DNA of 64,000 bases, taken from Ostreococcus lucimarinus. Taxonomy: Eukaryota. The position numbers and the translations under genes were made by a program. Positions 29,201 to 35,128 of the stretch are shown one piece after another. Within the stretch, counting starts at the first letter, position 1. The number at the start of each line of letters is the position of its first letter. The stretch lies in the NCBI GenBank assembly GCA_000092065.1, contig CP000593.1. One strand, written 5' to 3'. The notes under the pieces were generated by a model. It saw only the letters and a list, made by a program, of their open reading frames with translations, did no database searches and was not told where the DNA came from.

Positions 29201-29644
29201 GCCAGCGTTTAAAGCGATGGCGCCAAACGTCACACGTGGGCCGACATCATTCATCTGGATGCTTAAATCGCCGCAGTCGACGATTCGCCGCGCACCGCTC
29301 GGAGCGACGATCTGCGACCCCCAACACGTAAACTCAAACTCGCCGAGCGTCGTAAACTCGCTCGCGGCGTCATCCAATCGTATCAATTTCGAAAATTCAA
29401 ACTGAACCGTAACTCCATTCAAATTCACCTCGCGATCGGCATCATTCACGATCAACACGCTCGCGTACGTCTCGCGCGCGCCGCGATCCGCGTCGTCGGC
29501 GCGCGGCGCGTCGACGCCGACGCGAAGCATCGAATCCGTCGGCGTCGAGTGACTCCACGCGTACGCATCGATGGACAACGCCCCACCACCGAATCCTTCG
29601 CAATTCACACCCGCAAAATCCACGTTCGTCGCTTCATCGTCCAC
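23204..29644 (-). CDS. Giant (>=2146 aa) mosaic extracellular protein with extensin/HRGP-like proline repeats, four PAN/apple-like modules, three plant 8-cysteine-motif (nsLTP/HyPRP-like) modules and a novel ~100-aa module repeated four times; the 5' end is incomplete
   Basis: Continuous 6.4-kb ORF. Proline-rich blocks: SPPPPSPPPPSP..., (PPQPPVEVPSPSPP)x7 and (PSPTPS/PTPT)n. PAN-like units: CCLACRENPNCNVWTFC, CCDACLADPACAVWNFC, CCAECKKMKKCNAWVFC and CCQACFRTRDCDTWVYC, each followed by a W(T/V)SG motif. The three 8CM units follow C..C..CC..CXC..C..C. The repeated module reads ...GVEL(S/T)F(G/R)D..LC..C.IVGGP.... The ORF begins directly after a TAG with GTG as its first codon, so no ATG or signal peptide is present at the ORF start and the first exon is probably upstream. 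Confidence 0.8.
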   Translation of the reverse strand: MDDEATNVDFAGVNCEGFGGGALSIDAYAWSHSTPTDSMLRVGVDAPRADDADRGARETYASVLIVNDADREVNLNGVTVQFEFSKLIRLDDAASEFTTLGEFEFTCWGSQIVAPSGARRIVDCGDLSIQMNDVGPRVTFGAIALNAGEFLAGGYSNFLFSFRDRESRVLDAESVRALDPTCDPSAFTTASSIVSVAPTSTFGWNPNAQIMLSACPSLLDVVFSTLESQIEDGVARIRGIVGHRSCSTLDASKVTFAIDLGGDYEQSQLQAACEGLQIVYPISSVPMSDAAATCKAVVTERGVELSFGDDLVLCPGCFIVGGPNNVVLDLSYADGRGFSSTEISPNGLREPICAGFPRGDGPTDAELVRPCDEEANAEYEGSTLTTGLFLVPSPEACCLACRENPNCNVWTFCTANDGCGRSEFAYSYSSCELKYAAPEIISQDTIPGKRGPNATYISGALRDKEVEPVPFDTSNERKECRAETNANYDGIQISIVNAVSWSACCDACLADPACAVWNFCDDVSGCDGEFAYQTCVLKLFLVGGDPQKPPAIARGDGVPWVSGSLVDRIPEPVPSIEGCRVEENANYKGHPLNSGSDLVVDSETECCAECKKMKKCNAWVFCASIDGCGNEYYDYKFGECWLKKLSKEDVETIPVPAWERGENVTWTSGVVGAEVMMPSPPPSPPIVQPSPSPPPPVEVPSPSPPSPSPPVEVPSPSPPPQPPVEVPSPSPPPQPPVEVPSPSPPPQPPVEVPSPSPPPQPPVEVPSPSPPPQPPVEVPSPPPPPPVAVPSPSPPILPTCLRLLQDLQGRCGSIFGIENDEAFDPSCCDIVRGMNVERCFCDTAIIDELGDAIRTVQITAPTLCDSGLELVSGLSCFPSPPPSPPPPSPPPPSPLPSPPPPSPPSPSPPPPSPLPPSPSPPPPSPPSPSPPSPPPPPPVPSPPPPSPPPPSPPPLPPPPPPPSPPPPVDECPTLRLVGGPNAVQNEVLLNSLYVDPGAVATDELDGDISDAIEADTSEVDTSRVGTYRVYYRVRDSGGCDVSAERLVRVIALVPTSEYSQLTSLCVSNIPRVEELCVGFETATISGPNPASFPSCCVALSDLDEAGCFCVPEFIQSFEGIRPSVGELSAFTPLACGFRIKVGDVCEDQQLLTQFLSTPTAVPEFVIPDEKWERIVDDGGALRDDISCADTIDVTRKYCSAIQQNDVGVIPRISDFAPCCGAAARLHNESCLCDDFTLITDDNVMFLREIVGFTPLGCGFNLTEACPALSEELGVQTIVVERPGNDTDPTIPIGTDTPPITRPLEGYGVVVENGQVIPSDTPGRSECDPVRELKNFLVVASRPNSTDYDVLGAIGCCANSTIRVPEVTVVIGYRRREGNMNEFVDALSVPSVECAGLSLISARGEVLDDTLCDRATIEESIAGIKITLANLTIPPDAAITGRVQDGKLFTAKHESEATLDALAPTIRALQCDVGGSWTDVFESPPNDSRRKLLQFFGGIPFFPDQDQFGDANRTDITPSIAPLRPLAGFNLTQYARPSFRDGFDGETSDGGRPVDCLDVLPRVQASLSWFGERVDVGGDFRVAPFNRYDFRGSIGVNNDGGAIRLIDVNIPIVLSSWVNDINGTWREVQNPFDEYAIECLMITVVNGESRTPSLEPCAGLQFRMASYAPDGVFNEASGRPLPKVTLLEVSLSNVTLCAGCKLQGDNETLFRVVSLSGARFDYVGPSVGNPTCRRDIQGQLVEPIAMLPTSPPMTPTPVNGLVCNGEKGLNLKGILLRDGSKFIVDTEEACCQACFRTRDCDTWVYCTGDCKDFAYHSCWLKRAIGGGYTAERGPTEIAAWDRGPDVPWTSGWFPTQRSPPSPSPPPTPSPTPSPTPSPTPSPTPSPTPSPTPTPTPSPTPTPTPTPTPPTESSPTPPAPDSATYFTLQPGVPVQIPASTITVIPGAQLPPGAPPSTPTPAPIPVDGLSRTCSPDDATICPTESAPERLRETDARLSLQLLRGEGGSQAVVTGTAINFGRVSDQICLNGVAVMLPFERIVVAANEAPIVAPPEDFIVDCIFVGVRSRDGPPSSDDNGCGVYVEAKVVEAGVELTFRDISLCAECWIVGGPSSALFTVRHIDGLALQLPEQNVTIANIFTEDAAFCATS
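23895..24065. repeat. Tandem 6/12-nt repeat (ggcgtaggcgtt / ggcgaaggcgtt units) encoding the (PSPTPS/PTPT)n track of the giant protein
   Basis: Direct periodicity visible in the sequence at 23904-24060. The alternate frames give the NAFTNAFANAF... and GVGVGEGVGEGV... ORFs. Confidence 0.85.
26740..27040. repeat. Low-complexity GGN/CCN-rich block encoding the SPPPP-type extensin-like region
   Basis: ggtggcgg... and ggcggcgg... runs. The giant ORF reads PSPPPPSPPPPSPLPSPPPPSPPSPSPPPPSP here. Confidence 0.8.
27268..27610. repeat. 42-nt tandem repeat (about 7-8 copies) encoding the 14-aa unit PPQPPVEVPSPSPP of the giant protein
   Basis: The plus-strand unit ggcgatggaacttccaccggcggttgcggcggaggtgatg recurs nearly perfectly, giving the ELPPAVAAEVMAM x5 periodicity in ORF 27268..27621. 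Confidence 0.85.
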
Positions 29645-30117
29645 CTACACCGCCGCGCGCGCGTCAGTCGCGTCCTTCATCCTCGTCTCGCGATTCCATC
29701 GCGGCGTCTCGACGCCGACGCCGCGTCCCGCGCGAATCCTCGCCTCGCACCTGCAGCATCGTCCGCGACGTCCCGAGCCCTTCCCGCGCGCGCGCCACTC
29801 GCGTCTTCGTCCCACCGCCGCGCTTTCGTCAGTCTTTCCCTTCGTCGTCGCGCGCCGTCCCGTTCGAATCGTCCTTCGTCGCGTCGCGTCGCTTTCGAGA
29901 TACGAAGCGTCGTTCGGTCCCATCGTTCGCGTCGTTCGCACCATCGCGCACGCCGCGACGACCGCGTCGCGCACGCGCGCCGCGCCGCGCGTCGTTCGTC
30001 GTCGCGTCGCTCTCGCGTCGCGTCGCATCGTTTCGTCGTTCCCCGTCGTCGCGATGTGTCGTCCATCGTCCGTCCGTCATCCATTCACTCATCATGCATT
30101 CGACCCGGTCGCGCGTC

Positions 30118-30175
30118 GTCGATGTCGACCGACCGACCGACCGACCGATCGATGCGATGCGATGCGATGCGATGG
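30118..30175. repeat. Compound microsatellite (GACC)5(GATC)(GCGAT)5 in the 5' region of the ACBP gene
   Basis: cgaccgaccgaccgaccgaccgatcgatgcgatgcgatgcgatgcgatgg, read directly. Confidence 0.8.
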
Positions 30176-30207
30176 ATGACGCGCGGCACACGTCCGCGAC
30201 GCGCGGC

Positions 30208-31311
30208 ATGGCGAGCGACGCGCGAACGAATCGCGCCAAGGCGTACGCGTACGCGTGCGGACTCGCGATCGGCGCGTTCGCCGTCGTCGCGGGCGCGATG
30301 CGCGACGGACGCGCGGGGACGATGACGGCGGTCGCGCGACGCGCGATGACGGGCGACGGCGGGACGCGCGAGGGCGCGACGGCGATGACGGAGGACGAGA
30401 AAGGGACGACGACGACGACGAGGACGGACGAGGACGAGGACGCGAACGAGGACGAGGACGTCGGGGAGATGGAACGAAGATTCACGCGGTGCGCGGGACA
30501 GTTTAAAAAGTTGCTCGCGGACGCCGACGCGTACTTTGAGCCCGGGCTCAAGGCGAAGATGTACGGGTTGTATAAGCGATGCACGAAGGATTTCGATCGA
30601 GAATTTGAGGGTGGTAAAACGTTCGGCGCGTTGGATGTCGTGGCGAGGGCGAAATACGAGGCGTGGAAGGAGGTGAAGGATTTGACGCGGGAGGAGGCGA
30701 TGGAGCGATACGTGCGGACGTTTGAGATGTGGGGGGCGAGGCGGGACTCGATGCGACCGTCGACGGCGACGCGGAACGCCGATGGGTTCACCGAGGAGGA
30801 CAGACTCGCCGCAGAGGAGTTTCACGCGAGAGATGAGGAGGAGAAGGAGGTGTACGCGAATATGTGGTCGATAAACCGGTCGCAGAGTCGACCGGCGCCG
30901 CTCGAGGACGACGACGAAGCGTCGCAGAGCGCGTCGAACAGCGGCGAGTTGGGGGCGCTGAGCGCGGCGTGTAAGGCAGGTGATGAGGACGCGGCGATGA
31001 AAGCGATCGAGGGCGGTGCGGATGTTAACGAACGCGATGCACTCGGGCGAACGCCGTTGCATTGGTGCGCAGACGGCGGACACTCGAAAATCGCCATGCA
31101 CCTGGCGCTTTTGAAGGCTGACGTCAACGCTCGCGATAGATACGGGCAAACGCCTTTGCACTTTTCGGTCAACTTAGATGACACGGAGACGGTAAATTTA
31201 TTCCTTGACTGGGGCGCAGATCCTTCGATCGCGGACGAGGAAGGGGAGACGCCTGAATCGCTCGGGATTTGGCAGCTCGCCGCGGCGCGCGAAGAAAACG
31301 CGACGGCGTGA
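30208..31311 (+). CDS. Acyl-CoA-binding protein with an N-terminal membrane anchor and C-terminal ankyrin repeats (plant ACBP1/2 or ACBD6-like)
   Basis: TM-like AYAYACGLAIGAFAVVAGAM. ACB domain KKLLADADAYFEPGLKAKMYGLYKRCTKDFDREF...ARAKYEAWKEVKDLTREEAMERYV. Two or three ANK repeats (GRTPLHWCADGGH..., GQTPLHFSV...). Start at MASDAR (ATG 30208). Confidence 0.85.
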   Translation: MASDARTNRAKAYAYACGLAIGAFAVVAGAMRDGRAGTMTAVARRAMTGDGGTREGATAMTEDEKGTTTTTRTDEDEDANEDEDVGEMERRFTRCAGQFKKLLADADAYFEPGLKAKMYGLYKRCTKDFDREFEGGKTFGALDVVARAKYEAWKEVKDLTREEAMERYVRTFEMWGARRDSMRPSTATRNADGFTEEDRLAAEEFHARDEEEKEVYANMWSINRSQSRPAPLEDDDEASQSASNSGELGALSAACKAGDEDAAMKAIEGGADVNERDALGRTPLHWCADGGHSKIAMHLALLKADVNARDRYGQTPLHFSVNLDDTETVNLFLDWGADPSIADEEGETPESLGIWQLAAAREENATA

Positions 31312-31377
31312 GGTATCTACTTTATTGTGTAAAAGAATCTTCTATCGTACAATGGAAATTTCGCTAGCGTCCTAAAT

Positions 31378-33078
31378 CTATTTTTTCTTCACGTTAGTCG
31401 CGGCGGAAGTCTTCGCCGCTGTCATCGCAGCCGTCGCCGCGTGCGTCTTCGACACTTTCCAAAACGCGATGGCGAGCTGGCTCTTCAGCAGCATGAGCTG
31501 AAGTGGAAGCAGTGAAATCGCCACGGCGTCTCCAAGCTTCGCGCGCGCACGGGCGAAAGCCCCTCGCTTGATGGTCGATACATCGTCGTGTGGCGAGGGC
31601 GTCGAGGATTTCGCCAACCCCTCGCTCGCGCTCTTCCAAATGATCTTGTAACGATTGACGGGCGAGCCCAACTGCTCGTTGACGTATCGCAACAAATTAT
31701 TCGCCTTGAGCACGAGCAAAAGATCGCGAGGCAAGGTCTCAAAAAGCTTTGTTTGATCCTCTAATTTTACCCCCATGATTTGCTTCATGACCGAGCGCTT
31801 TTCCGCCACGGTGAAAGAGTCAGAGGAAGAATCGTCGTTTCGCTTGATCGACCCCGCGAGAGGCTCCTCAACGACGCGCGTCGGAACGACGGCGAGAATG
31901 AGCTTGAAGAACTGCGACATGTCGGGATCTATCCCAAGTGATCCAGTCGCTTCGCGCAAAGCGTTATCGTCCGATCTAATGATAGAGAGCCATACATTTG
32001 CCCACTTCTTTCGCAAATCGTCGTCGAGCGTGCGATACACGCCGTGATCAAGCAGCACAATGCCTCCCTTATCTGTAATCAAGATGTTCCCCGGGTGCGG
32101 ATCAGCGTGCACGAATCCGTGCACAAAAGTCATTTGCGCGAATATTTTCTGTATTCTCGCCGCGACGTCGGCTAAATCGATCCCCTTGCCTTTGAGCGCC
32201 TCGACGTCGTCTATTCTCACCCCGGGCACAAACTCCATCGTGAGCACTCGCTTACCGCTCAAATGTCTGTGCACGCGCGGTATCTTCAACTCACTCTCGT
32301 CGAACTCATCCGCGAGCATCTTGCTCGCCTTGAGCGCGTTCGCTGCCTCGCGAGTAAAATCCATCTCCTCTCCCATGTGCCTTCGCGTCTCCTTTGCCAG
32401 CCACCCAAATCGCAACGACGGCACGAGCCATTCCATGAGCGAGTAATACCCTTCTATCGTAAAAAGATCGCTCTCCAGGAACCTCGCCACCGGTCGCTGC
32501 TGAATCTTCACCGCGACATCTTCCCCCCCGAACGTTTTCGCTCGATACACCTGCGCCAACGACGCCGACGCCACCGGCGTCTCGTCGAACTCCGCGAACG
32601 CCTCTTCGATTTCCAACCCGGTTTCCTCCGCGAACGTCTTTCGATCCTCCTCAAACGGCCGTCGCGCCGCGTCGTCCATCAGCGCTCGCAGCACGATTTG
32701 AAAAGGTTTCGGCGCGATCGGCTGCGCCGCCAGGTGTTGCCCAGCCTTGACGTATATCCCTCCCAGCGCCCGCGCGCACGCCAAAAATCGCTCGCTCACC
32801 GCGCGCCACAAAATTTGTCTCGACGCCCGTCGCTCGTCCTCGCTCGCGCTCGCCCCGAGCGCGCGCACCCGCGCGCGGTGTTCGCGATAATCGATCGCGT
32901 ACATCGGCACGAAGTGCGTCGACGCCACGGCGAAGCGCCGCGCGGACGTCACCGCGCGATCGACGTCGTCGACGAGGCGTCCCGGCGTCGGCGTCGACGT
33001 CGACGTCGCGACGTGCGCGAGCGCGGCGCCGCACGCGAGCGCGGGCGCGAGGGCGCGCAACGCCGGCGCGCGCGCCAT
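31378..33078 (-). CDS. ABC1/ADCK (UbiB-family) atypical protein kinase with an N-terminal targeting peptide
   Basis: ABC1-domain motifs: SLAQVYRAKTFGGEDVAVKIQ, MDFTREAANALK and FVHADPHPGNILI with the LLDHG loop. Confidence 0.85.
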   Translation of the reverse strand: MARAPALRALAPALACGAALAHVATSTSTPTPGRLVDDVDRAVTSARRFAVASTHFVPMYAIDYREHRARVRALGASASEDERRASRQILWRAVSERFLACARALGGIYVKAGQHLAAQPIAPKPFQIVLRALMDDAARRPFEEDRKTFAEETGLEIEEAFAEFDETPVASASLAQVYRAKTFGGEDVAVKIQQRPVARFLESDLFTIEGYYSLMEWLVPSLRFGWLAKETRRHMGEEMDFTREAANALKASKMLADEFDESELKIPRVHRHLSGKRVLTMEFVPGVRIDDVEALKGKGIDLADVAARIQKIFAQMTFVHGFVHADPHPGNILITDKGGIVLLDHGVYRTLDDDLRKKWANVWLSIIRSDDNALREATGSLGIDPDMSQFFKLILAVVPTRVVEEPLAGSIKRNDDSSSDSFTVAEKRSVMKQIMGVKLEDQTKLFETLPRDLLLVLKANNLLRYVNEQLGSPVNRYKIIWKSASEGLAKSSTPSPHDDVSTIKRGAFARARAKLGDAVAISLLPLQLMLLKSQLAIAFWKVSKTHAATAAMTAAKTSAATNVKKK

Positions 33079-33324
33079 GCCGAGCGCGCCGCGTCGCGTC
33101 CGCGCGCGCGAGTGCGGTCCGACGGGCGGACGAGGCGACGACCGTCACGTCGCGACGCGTCGCGCGGGATGCGAGGCCGCGCGCGCGCGGTCGCGGCGCG
33201 ATCGGCGCGTCTGATCGCGCGCGATGCGCGACGGCGCGCGGTCGTCTCGCGCGCGAGCGGTGATGGGCGCGAGGCGCTCGTGCCGCGCGCGCGCGAGGGA
33301 GCGACGGCGCTCGCGACGCTGAGC

Positions 33325-34224
33325 ATGGCGAGCTACTGGCGCTTCGGACAGCGCGGATACTTCGACGCGGACGCGCGAGAGGCGGAGTTAGACTTCGCGA
33401 CGCCGCTTGGATTCGAACCGCTGATAGGAGACGGGCGAGCGCTGCGGCGAGCGACGCTGGAGGCGTTTCCAAAGCTGAAGCGACTGTCGTGGAACGACGG
33501 CGGCGAGGCGACGACGCGCGCGGGGGTGTTCGCGACGAGCGATGAGGAGTGGGTGGTGGTGGTTTTCAGAGGTACGACGCCGAGCCCGCTGAGAGGGTTG
33601 ATTCGAGAGTCGCAGATCAACGGTAGGGCGGGGCAGGTGAAGATGAAGGAAGGACGCGCGCACGCGGGATACGCGCGGGCGTACGAGGCGTTACGAGACG
33701 AGATCGAGACGACGGTGCGCGATGAACTAGAGCGTGGACGCGGAAAGAAAGTCGTCGTCACGGGACACTCGTTGGGGGGGGCGCTGACGACGCTGTGCGC
33801 GGCGTCATTGGCGGAGGCGCACGCCGACGTCGAGGTGGAGGCTGTGACATTCGGACAACCGCGCGTGGGCGACAAAGCCTTCGCGCGTTACCTCGATCAA
33901 GGGTTGACAAATTTGAATTACGCCCGCATCGTGCACGGCGGCGATTTATTCGCTCGCGTGCCAACGAGCGGTTATTGGTTGCCGTCCGCAAATGACGGGA
34001 AATTTGCCGTCGAGTACGCGCACGCGGGTTCGATGCTCTGGACGAATTCAAACTCAGGCGGCGGTCACACGTACGTCGCCAAGGGCGAAGAAGAACCCGA
34101 AGAGTTTTCTCGCGACGTGCGCATGCTGAATCCAATCACGGTGGCGAACCATCACAGCGGGTACGCGCGTTTCTTCGAGGACTCGACCATCGCCGACGCG
34201 TGGCCGAAGGCTGGTCTACTCTGA
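33325..34224 (+). CDS. Class-3 (fungal-type) lipase / alpha-beta hydrolase
   Basis: GHSLGGALTTL nucleophile elbow with the preceding VVVTGHS. Start taken at MASYWRF (ATG 33325); the upstream in-frame ORF is an artefact overlapping the ABC1 gene. Confidence 0.75.
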   Translation: MASYWRFGQRGYFDADAREAELDFATPLGFEPLIGDGRALRRATLEAFPKLKRLSWNDGGEATTRAGVFATSDEEWVVVVFRGTTPSPLRGLIRESQINGRAGQVKMKEGRAHAGYARAYEALRDEIETTVRDELERGRGKKVVVTGHSLGGALTTLCAASLAEAHADVEVEAVTFGQPRVGDKAFARYLDQGLTNLNYARIVHGGDLFARVPTSGYWLPSANDGKFAVEYAHAGSMLWTNSNSGGGHTYVAKGEEEPEEFSRDVRMLNPITVANHHSGYARFFEDSTIADAWPKAGLL

Positions 34225-34429
34225 GACGCGACATCTAGCGCGCTTGGAATCGCACAGTAGCGCATCGTTGTATTTCATTGTTGTATTTTATGAAATTTTA
34301 TGAATTGATCGCGCGATTCGCGCGCGCCTTCGCGCCGATCGTCCGCCCGCTCTTCGCCTTGCGCGCGCCTTCGCGTCTCGCGAGCGCGAGCTCGCTCGTT
34401 ATCCAAGCCTCACACACGCGCTCGACGCG

Positions 34430-35110
34430 ATGTCCGCGCGCTCTTTCGCGTCCACCGCGCGACCGCACGTCGCGGTGCGATCCAAAGCCCCGTCGCGCAC
34501 CGTCGCCGTTCGCCGCCTCGCCGCGATTCCGTGCACGGCGAGCGCGTCGTCGTCGTCCGAAGACGACGCGCGCCACGTCACCAAGCGTGGTCGTCGACCG
34601 CTCATCGTGCTCCCGCTCGCCGGCGCCGCGCTCGCGGCCTCCGCGCCGAGCGGCGACGCGAAGGCGAACGGTGAATTCGTCACCGACGCCCAGCTCGCCG
34701 TGCTCGAGCGACGGGGACCGATCGCGTTCACGGAGGATGAGTGGAAGAACAAGCTGGAACCGTTCTCGTACAAGGTGCTGCGGAAAGAGGCGACGGAGCG
34801 ACCGTTTTCGAGCGAGTTGAACTCGGAGAAACGAACTGGACGGTTCGTGTGCGCTGGGTGTGGAACGCCGCTGTTCGACTCGAAGGCGAAGTACGATTCG
34901 GGGACGGGTTGGCCGAGCTTTTACGAGCCGCTCGCGGGCGCGGTGATGGAGGTTCCGGATTACTCCATCATGTTCTTACCGCGCTCGGAGGTGCGATGCA
35001 CGGCGTGCCAAGGGCACCTTGGGCATGTGTTCGAAGATGGGCCGCCGCCAACGGGCTTGCGATACTGCATGAACGGTGCGGCGATGAAATTTGAGCCGGC
35101 GTCGGCGTAA
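34430..35110 (+). CDS. MSRB: Peptide methionine sulfoxide reductase B (SelR domain), plastid-targeted
   Basis: SelR motifs: FVCAGCGTPLFDSKAKYDSGTGWPSF...CTACQGHLGHVFEDGPPPTGLRYCMN (the CxxC...CxxC zinc site and the catalytic RYC). N-terminal S/A/R-rich presequence. Confidence 0.85.
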   Translation: MSARSFASTARPHVAVRSKAPSRTVAVRRLAAIPCTASASSSSEDDARHVTKRGRRPLIVLPLAGAALAASAPSGDAKANGEFVTDAQLAVLERRGPIAFTEDEWKNKLEPFSYKVLRKEATERPFSSELNSEKRTGRFVCAGCGTPLFDSKAKYDSGTGWPSFYEPLAGAVMEVPDYSIMFLPRSEVRCTACQGHLGHVFEDGPPPTGLRYCMNGAAMKFEPASA

Positions 35111-35128
35111 AAAATATTGCACGATATG

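Noticed and set aside
29642-29644. Apparent start codon M of the giant ORF at 29644
   Set aside because: The codon is GTG immediately after a TAG stop. The ORF caller treats it as an alternative start, but a eukaryotic nuclear gene needs ATG. The true start is probably in an upstream exon.
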